This document shows, piece by piece, positions 49,789 to 64,000 of a DNA stretch of 64,000 nt. The position numbers were made by a program, and so were the translations under genes. Within the stretch, counting starts at the first letter, position 1, and each line of letters starts with the position of its first letter. The stretch is from contig MCFH01000009.1 of the NCBI GenBank assembly GCA_002104945.1, forward strand, positions 372,001-436,000, in the 5' to 3' direction. The notes below the pieces were generated by a model, which saw only the letters and a program-made list of their open reading frames with translations, was not told the DNA's origin and made no database searches. This stretch comes from Piromyces finnis finn (Eukaryota > Fungi > Neocallimastigomycota).

Positions 49789-51894
49789 ATGAGTTCAAAA
49801 GAACAAAACAAATTTTCAGTCATTGAGGATTACCTTGATTGTAAGTAAAATTATAAATTAAACAAAATAGTTGAAAAGGAGTAATATATAAATGTAAAAA
49901 ATATTATTATTAATTTCAAATAATAATAAACATTTCCCTTTTCTTTCTTTCTATATTCAATTCTATTATCAATGAAATAATAATAATAATAATATATATA
50001 AAAGGTATTGATTCTTTACCAATTGACTTATCTAGAATGCTTACAGATATAAGAGAGCAAGATTGTCTTACAAAAGATAATGTTAAAAAAATGGAAAATT
50101 TATCCGATGAACTTCATAACTCTATTTTAAATAATACAGAAAATGATAGAATAAATATATGTAATAATTTATTGTCTGTTTTAGAAGAAAATTTATTAAT
50201 AGGAGAAAAAAAAGTAAAACTTGCTCAAAAAACTTATGAAATGGTATTTTTTTTTTCTTTTCTTTTATATTAAATAGTTTATATTTTCAAAAAGTCAAAA
50301 AAAAGAAAAAAAAGTTTATTATTAATATATATATATTATATAACCTATTCTAATTATTTTTATCCTAATAAATATCAATATATTTAAAATTCAAAAAACA
50401 TTGAATGATAAATTAACTAAAAAAAAAAAAAAAAAAAAATTATATTTTTAAATAATGAATATGAAATTTCAAATTTTCTTATATATTATCACTATTATTA
50501 ATTTCCATCCAAATATAATATTAACACATCCAAAATCATATTATTTATTAATTAATTGAAAATAATAATAATAATAATAATAATAATTATATGTTCAATT
50601 TAAATATTATAATTAAATAAACAAAATATAAAAGGTTAGTGCTCGTATTAAGCGTATTGATGAAGATGCAGCAATAATTGAAGAAGAAGAATTTACATCA
50701 ACAAAAGCTCAACGTACCTATACTAATGATCTTAATGCCATTATTCCAAGTAGTGAATATAAAACTATTAAATTAAGTTCAATTAATACAAGTGATAATG
50801 ATGAAAATATGGATAATACAAGTAACTTAAACATTTCCACGTCAAATAATTCCAATAATAATACCAATAGTGCTACTAATAATAATAATAATAACAACAA
50901 CAATAATAATAACAATAACAATAATACTAATCTATCACATAATAAAATGGATAAAAAGTTTACAACTGATTCAGCATTATCAAAAAGTAATTATAATTAT
51001 ACTATTATTTCAATTAATATATATATGTATATAAATTTATTATTATTTTAAATTTAAAATCATCATTTTAATTTGTCTATTATTTTTTTATTAACTTTTA
51101 ATATTATTTAAAAAAATATAAATGTATATATGAATTGTTAATTAAAATTTACTAAAATAATTGGGTTTAAAAGGAAAGAGACAAAGAGAAAAGGATAAGG
51201 ATAAAGAAAAAGATAAAGAAAAGGATAAAGAAAAGGATAAAGACAAGAATGATAAGGATATGAATGATACAAAGTCCCCAACACCAATTAAAAAAGAATC
51301 AAAACATAAAAATTCACTTACAAATACAAAGAATTCAACCAAAACTCGTAAACAGTTTAGTATTTTTTTTTTTTTTCTTTTTCAATTTTATTATTAATAA
51401 ATATAATATATATTATATTATAATATATATAAATCATTATTAAACTCTATTTCTTTTCAATATTTATTTTTATTCCTATCCCAATAGTAGTGACATTAAA
51501 CATTTAAAGAATAATGAGAAATCTGTACCTATAGCTTCAGATATTGATATTGATCCAGATGAACCTACCTATTGTACATGTCATCAAGTTTCTTATGGTG
51601 AAATGATTGCCTGTGATAATGAAGATGTAAGTTTTTTTTAACTATGTTATTATTATTATATTTTAAATAGTTTTATTGTAGAATATATATATATATTAAT
51701 GGATTAAACATTTCTTTTTTTTTTTTTAAAAAATATAAATTAAACCAATTATTATAATACTATTTTATATATAATTATAGTGTGCTATTGAATGGTTCCA
51801 CTGTGCTTGTGTTGGTTTAGATAGTCCACCTAAAGGAAAATGGTATTGTAAAGATTGTACTGCACTTATGGCAAAGAAAAATAAGAAGAAATAA
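49789..51894 (+). CDS. ING-family PHD-finger chromatin reader (Yng2/Pho23/ING4-like)
   Basis: N-terminal [32 protein letters not shown] coiled coil; C-terminal [46 protein letters not shown]; linker with poly-Asn and (KDKE)n. Confidence 0.93.
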
Positions 51895-52258
51895 AACAAA
51901 AACAACAGCAGCAACAACCCTCCCTTTTTTTTTTATTTTCATATTTTGTTTTTTAAAGCATTTTAAACCAAAGTACTTTTCATATATAATATAGTTATAA
52001 TTTTTAAATTTGATATTCAATTTATATATTTATAAATGATAAAAAAAATATATATATTTTTTTTCATATATTTATTTTTCATTTCTATTCACATTTTCTA
52101 TTATAATCATTTCTTTTTTTTATTTTCTATTCATTACCGATACAATTTTAATATATATATAATTTTTTTTCCCATAATTTAAATAATATAGTACTTTTAT
52201 AACACAAAGTATTTTAAAAAGATGTATAATAACAAATAATTAATAATTAATAATTAAT

Positions 52259-52290
<32 letters not shown>

Positions 52291-52432
52291 AATCTCTATA
52301 TACCATATTACCATTCTCTCTCTCTTTATATATTGATATACTCAATTCATAGTCATATTTTTTTTTATTTTTTTATTTTTTATTTTTTATTTTTTATTTT
52401 TTATTTTTTATGAAAACTGTTAAAAAAGTATA

Positions 52433-52469
<37 letters not shown>

Positions 52470-52601
52470 GATATATGATCTATTCATTCTTAATGTAATA
52501 TTAATATTATAATAATGTGAAAGAAAAAAAAAAAGAGAAAAGAAAAATTAAATTGTAATATAATTGAAAAAAAAAAAAAGAAAGAAATTAAAAAAGGAAA
52601 A

Positions 52602-57337
<4,736 letters not shown>

Positions 57338-58239
57338 AATGATTTTATTCTATTATTTTATTTTTTGTTAGTAGTAATATTATTAATATTTCTTTTAATA
57401 ATTTATATTAATTAAAAAAATTAAAATTATATTTTATTTCTTTTTTATTTATTTACTCTTATTATTATTTATTATATATAATTAAAAAAAGAAAAAGAGA
57501 AATAACTATGGTTTTGGTTAAATGAAAAAAAAAAAAAAGTTTTCTTTTTTAATTTAATTAAAAAATAAACTCAGATAGAATAAGAAATGTTTTTTTTTTT
57601 TTTTTTAAATTTTTAAATTTTATAATTTAATAATTCATCCACTTTTCAATAATTAAATTAAAATTTTTTTTAATTTTTCTTCTGGAATAAAGCCACAATT
57701 CTTTTTATAATATTCGCTTTTTTTTTTTTTTTTTTTTTAAACTATAAAAAGTAGTACAAATTTTATTAAATTTTTACAAAAGTTTTTTTTATATAATGAA
57801 TTCTTAAAATTTGAAAAATATCTAATTAAATAGTTTTATTATTTATTTTAGGTTATCTTTTTTTTTTTTTCTTTTTAAATGGGAATAAATTTTAAATACC
57901 TTTTTTTTTTGTTTTTTATTAAAGAAAAATAAAATAAAATAGAGATATTTAAAATAAAAATTTTAAAAAAAAAAAAGGTTGATTCACCATTTAAATAAAG
58001 ATAAATTTAACCCATTCATTTATAATAATACTAGGGAACAATATATGAAAACACTTAACAAAAGTAACCTAACCTAAACAATTTTTTTTTTTTTTTAACG
58101 GCATCAAATATTTTTAAACTTTATTATTAATTTAATTAAAATTATAATACATGTAATATAAAAATTAAAAATAAAAATAAAAAAAAATATGTTTAAACAC
58201 AAATGAATAAAAATTGGGTATAATGTATTCTAGTAATTT

Positions 58240-59580
58240 TAATTAAAGTAAGAAAGCCACTATCATACTAAAGTATAATAATTGTATTTGACTTCCAATG
58301 GGACACCGAGTCAACGATCAAAATTTTATCATGGAACAAAATTATGATCTCCATTGGTTACGCTGGCCCTCCTGGCCTGTCTTACTGTTTCTTCAGCATT
58401 GACGCTCTTGGATGTTGCTTCAAACCTTTCGAACATTGACCATTGCTGGCCAATAGCAAAAGGCATGATTTTAGTTAGAAGTTCCGCTGTTACCGTCAAG
58501 AATGGTGTTCCTTCGTAAGTGCCAGATTGAATCTGACACTTGCAAAGTTCTTTCCATTCCCTTGAATTGTAATTGATATTGTTAAAACTTCTTCCCCCAA
58601 GAAGGAATTTAAATATTTTACTGCACACACTAGAATAATCATACACATTAATATTCACCGGATTATTAGAACTATTACTATTATTAACTAAATTACTATC
58701 TAAATTAGAATTATTATCTTCACTATTGCTATCATTACTAATATTATCACTATTATTATTATTACTATTTCTACTACTACTATTGTTATTATTATTATTG
58801 TTACTATTACTATTGTTACTATTAATATAATTGCTGTCTCTACTATTATTAATATTTTCAATATTATTGATAGGACTGTTGGAATTACGTTGACTGAAAA
58901 AATTTAATAGCTGGACTATGGAATCATAACGTTTAATACAGATATTTCTAAATGTTGGACAATCTAACAACCAATACTTAATACTTTGAACACCACACTT
59001 GCAACATGGACAGTAGTTAGGACAAACTGGATCAACAATTTTAGCAGCTTTTGCAACTCTAGCATCCAACTTCTATCCGCTTCTTGCTTTCAATAGCCAG
59101 TAGAAGCCATAGCCAAACTCTGGGTATTCATAATATAATTTGATAAAATCCTTAGTTTCAAAAAATTTATTATCATCATAATATTGCGCTTTGATTGAAT
59201 TCCCTTTGAGATCTTTCCAATAAAAGTTTTTAACTGTTTTAACATCTCCATGCTTCTTCAATTTTTTATCAAGTGTCCTACTTGATTTGCACCACGTGTA
59301 TTTTCTAAATTTAGGAATGTAATTGACAAGGTATGAGATAATACAATTTGAGTTTTTCCATTTGTTAAAACATCTAACCTGAGCTAATGCACATTTGGCT
59401 GACGATGGAGGAATATTCAAATCTTTTGAGATAGAGTATAAAGATATAAACGATACAGCTTTATGAACTCCGGCAACCCATCATATTCCTTTGTTAACAT
59501 GCTTCTGAGCAATCCCAGACCTAGCTTTGTTGGATCCAAGTATTAACAAGAGTAACCTAAACAAAGAGTAGTAAGAAGAA
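58240..59580 (-). mobile_element. 5'-truncated non-LTR retrotransposon (post-RT C-terminal region with Cys knuckle), nonsense-disrupted
   Basis: One continuous frame (..NKGI*WVAG..DLNIPPSSAKCALAQVRCFNKW..WLLKARSG*KLDARVAKAAKIVDPVCPNYCPCCK..SIKYWLLDCPTF..) broken only by single stops. GC content above flanks; no introns. The CxxC..C knuckle is typical of LINE ORF2 C-termini. Ends approximate. Confidence 0.75.
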
Positions 59581-60122
59581 TGCTTGAGCTATAATAAATA
59601 AACATTTTTAATTGATAAGTACTATTAAAATAAATTGTACTTTGCTTTTAATTCAACACTAATTAAAAATAATAATAAAAATTTTAGATTTATTTTTTTA
59701 TATTTGGTTTAATTTTTATTAATAATAATAAATTGACTATTTATGATATAAATAATTAAAATAAATAAATATAAATGTTTACTTTTATATATAAAAATAA
59801 ACAGAATAAATAAAAAATATATATTATACTGACGTTTATTAAGAGATAAATAAAAAATCAAAATTTCTTTCTACTTTTTATAAAAAGAAATAGTGTATAG
59901 ATATATTAATAATATTTATAATAATATTATTACTATTATTATATTTAAAATTTTTTTTTATTTTTTTATAGGTGTAGTTAAAAAGTAGGTGTAATTAAAT
60001 AATAGTTGAAAATAATAAATAATTTTTATGGTACAATAAAATTTTCCGATAAATAAAAAAGGGTGATATAACGATTTATAGAATATTTATAAAATCTATA
60101 AATCTTTTAGAGTCTACTTCGT

Positions 60123-62010
60123 TTAATTGTAACGAAGATATAATAAAATAGTAGATATAAGGAATAAAGTAGTCATGGCAGATGGTAGAAGGATTTTAGC
60201 ACTACTTTCGAATACATTTCCTACAGATCCCTTACTATAATCACAAGTGGTTTGTAATTGGTATTGATCGACAACAACTTGAGATCTCATTCTGACATAG
60301 GCATAAAGAGAGGTTGAATCACCACTACAAGTGTAGGATTCCAGATCAGTAAAAGCAGTACAAATTTGATCATAGGTATAGGTGATATCTTCACCATTAA
60401 GAACATCATAAATTTGTGCTGGTGGATGAACAAGAGTATCCCAGTTCATATCAGCCTTAAGGAATTCTTGGAAGTAAGCAATACGTGGGTTCATGGATTG
60501 TGAATTAAATACTTCACTAACGGTAGTCTTTAAAATTTCAACAAATCTATTTCTGAATTTTTCGTGAGATAAGACACCTTCAACTAATGGGTTTCTATTT
60601 AAGGTATCAGAGTAAGAAGCTGGAATATTTTGGTATTCATCCCATGGTGTATTGACTGGGTAGAGGGCAAATTTATCAAAAGTGGCATCAAAATCAAAAG
60701 ACCAAACATTAAATTTACCATTAGATTTGTAAATGTAATAATTGTTACCAGCGATAAAAAAACCGTCTCTGTGATCGATCAAATATTCAACTACAATATC
60801 CTTTAATAATAAATCGACATTAATGAAATTTTCAATTTCACTATCAGAAGCGGTTGGTAAAGTGTTTGCAATCCAATCAATTAATTCAGTAATTTCACCG
60901 TATGGATTATCTTTTTTATCATCTGGTATAAAGGCGATGTCGTAAATTTCTGAGTAAATGTCTGGATTTTGAACTAAATAGTTTCTAGTAATACCTTGGT
61001 AAGTTTTAGCTTTGTAAAGAACTCCATATTTTGGTTTATCTTCCTTGAAGTGGAAGTTATTCTTTATTAACTTCTTCTTGAAAACATCGGCCATATCGTA
61101 TAAACCAAAGGCATAGTTATTAAGATAAAATCTAGCTGGTGTAGCTTGACCAGCTGGTAAACCTAATGAAGTGGAAAGATCAATAGCTAATTTATTTTTA
61201 ATGTAAGTACAATCAAAAACGCAGTTTCTTAATTTGAATTTATCACGACCGTGAATTTTTTGGTTATTTTTATCGGCAGAATCACTATCTAACTTTATTT
61301 TAAATGGACGCTTTGGATATCCACGAGAACCTTGACCACTTAATTCAATGGTAACATTAGTAAATCTTTTATCTGAACCTGAAGAAATAATAGAAAGATC
61401 ACAACCAGTGATAGAAATATCAATATTATCACCTCTATTATTTAATAAAGCATTGACTTGATTTTCATCTGGACAGTAAGCTCTAACATTTTGAACTTCA
61501 CCTTCTTGGAAAAGTTCAGAGAATTTTTTATAACCATCTAATGGATCAAAGGCTCTTGGAATTGGTCTTAAAAGATCACCTGCCTTTGAGTATGGACGTC
61601 CATAGACATCATTAAGATCACCATTATCACCACGGATAAAAGCGAATTCTTGGTTATTTGTACCATCAATTTGGGTACCTTGATTTTCTGAAGCAATAAT
61701 ATTATTTTCAGAATCAGTAATGACATAGTAATAATTATTGGTTGGGTCGTTACCCTTTCCAACCCAAAAATATCCATTTTGAGTTGGTTCAAGTTGGATA
61801 CTTGTACCATCATCAATGACAACAGCAACAAAAGAACCTCCATATTCTGAAGGTACTGCAACAACTCTGTATTCCTTTGCATAACAAAGTCCTACCAGTG
61901 CTAAAACTATTCACAAAAAAAAATTATATATTTTAGTTTTTTTTAAAAAATTTTTGTACAATATTAATAGATGAATTACCTTCTGTAATATATTTAAATA
62001 ATCTTGCCAT
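60123..62010 (-). CDS. CotH-family secreted protein kinase with a hydrophobic GPI-like C-terminus, 2 exons (62010-61980, 61906-60123), 604 aa
   Basis: The frame is open from 61906 to 60123 but has no ATG until 61094. A 73-nt GT-AG intron links a signal-peptide exon (MARLFKYITEVLALVGLCYA). CotH motifs SGQGSRGYPKRPFKIKL, KFKLR, DHRDG..GNNYYIY, SFDFDATF. Tail SSAKILLPSAMTTLFLISTILLYL. Confidence 0.9.
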
Positions 62011-64000
62011 CTTTTATATATTTGAATAAATATATTATATATATTTATTTTTTAAAAAAATATTTTATCTAATAAAAATGATAATAAAAGTTAGTGTCTG
62101 CATTTAATATTTTTAATATTTAATATTGGCTGAAAAGAAAATAAAAATTATATTTGTTAAAAGTGTTTTTTTTAAGGAATTTAAAGTGTTAAATACAAAA
62201 TTTAAATTTTTATGTCACAATAATTTTTATTATGCTATAATATATTTATAAATTCAAATATTATATATTGGGTGAACCATTTCTTTTTTTTTTTTTTTGA
62301 ATTTCTTATTCCTTAAATATTAATTTTTTTTTTTCTTTTCATATTTATTTTTTTAAAAAATTATATTACATACTTTATAAAATTCAATAAGATGTTTATT
62401 AATATTTTTTCTAATTTATTTTCTTTTTTCAACTATTTTATTTTTTAAAATTGTTAATTAAAAAAAAGTACAAATTAAAAAAAAAAAAAAAAAAAGGAAA
62501 AAAGTCGCTATTTATTTAAAAAAAATTTTTTTATTACTTTTTTTTTTTCTTTAATAATATATTAATTATTAGTAATTATAATTATAATTAAAATAAAAAT
62601 GAAATTTAAAAAAAAAAATGATAATATTTTATTTTTTTATTCCATAATTTTTCTTTATTTTTTAAAATTGATAAAATTTACCATCAATTTAAAATAATAT
62701 ATGGTTTTAATATAAATTAATATATATCTAAATGAATTGTCCTTTTATTATTTTAATTATTCAATTTATTTTAATATATGATATTGTATATATCTTTTAA
62801 AAAGCATTAAATTTCATAATATTAAGATTATTTTAATTTAATATATTTACATTTTAATTATATGGTTTAAAGAAATAATTAATTGATTCTTATATATTAT
62901 TAATATATTAATTTCTTATGATGTAAGTATTACAAAACATGAATTATATAATTAATATATGATAAAATATAAACATAAACTATAAATCCAATATATTTTA
63001 ATTGAATTGTGCTATATATTAAACTCTACTTGAAATTTCTTAATAAAATAACTAATAAATAATAATAAATAATATTTTATATTTAATAATTAATAATAAA
63101 AAGATGATTAATAAAAGAGGCCTTTTTATTATGAATTTGAATATCAAGGCATAGAAATTATAAAAAAATAAAAAAAATGTTTATCTTCATTACTATCACT
63201 ATTATTATTAATAATATCAAGCATCATAATTAATACTATACTATTTACTTTGTCATTGCCAATGTTTATCAATAGCAAAAGATGCATTTTTTATAATATT
63301 TTAATAATTAATAAAGTTCTTTAATTCCCAATAGGATTAATATTATTTGTTAATAGTTACATTTCAATAGAAAAAAAAATAATCATAGAATTTAATTATT
63401 AATAGTATTATTAATGCTATTAATACTATTAATAATAATGATACTATTAATGCTATTAGTATTTATACGATTAGTTTTATTATCAAGTATCTGCTAATAA
63501 TTTATTATTATTTAGTATTCTCACATTCTCACTTTTTATTTAATAGACTTTAAAGTTTATTATAAAATTATAAAATTTTATTATAAAAATTTTAGCCATT
63601 TTTTATAATATATTATTTAATATTACTAATATATTATAATATATTGTTTTATATAATAAATAAAAACAAATAAAAATCTTTGCTTTAGAGAAGAAAGAAA
63701 AGAAAATAGGCATAACGACAACATGATAATACTAAATAGTCATTAAAGAATGATTGAATACTTTTTTCACAATAGGATGATAATAACAATAATACTAAAT
63801 ACTAAATGGAATACTAATAATACCAACAAATATTATTAAAAGTATCTATTGATTATGATCATTATATTTTAAAGTAAGACCTAAGCCTATACCTATCATC
63901 TAGAGTGAAAAAAGTTAAAATTTTTTTTTATTATTATTAGTATTCGTATTATTTAAATTGTATCAAAAGTTAAAAGTAATTTTTATTCAATTTCGAAGGA

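Noticed and set aside
57340-58100. RFX X-box shared upstream of the ciliary genes IFT74 and CEP78
   Set aside because: Only half-site-like strings (e.g. CTAGGGAAC); no full GTNNCC-AT-GGNAAC match upstream of either gene.
61568-61882. Separate 104-aa ORF
   Set aside because: It is an alternate reading frame overlapping the true CotH exon 2.

Overview
Extremely AT-rich, intron-rich eukaryotic genomic DNA with long (AAT)n microsatellites. The composition, short GT-AG introns, flagellar genes, a CotH gene and a bacterial-type AAA-ATPase/PD-(D/E)XK gene point to an anaerobic gut fungus (Neocallimastigomycota); this assignment is inference. Spliced genes rebuilt by hand, in order: an oleosin/promethin-like hydrophobic-hairpin protein (-), a HOM3-like aspartokinase with altered ATP-binding motifs (+), a CEP78-like LRR centriolar protein with a frameshift in a poly-Asn tract (+), and an AADAT/ARO8-type aminotransferase (+). 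Next comes an about 8 kb accessory island (19.0-27.2 kb) holding a NAC-alpha exon relic, an inverted duplication of a Cys-rich surface-protein gene, a CBM18 relic, an AAA-ATPase/nuclease gene and a LINE RT relic. After it lie V-ATPase subunit a (-), UBC4 (-), RPN3 (+), DHH1 (+), an ING PHD protein (+), IFT74 (-), a 5'-truncated LINE (-) and a secreted, probably GPI-anchored CotH kinase (-). No rRNA, tRNA or CRISPR was seen. The best leads are the oleosin-like gene, the possible pseudo-aspartokinase, and the ATPase-nuclease gene flanked by an inverted duplication. All alignments and gene models were done by eye, with no database searches.
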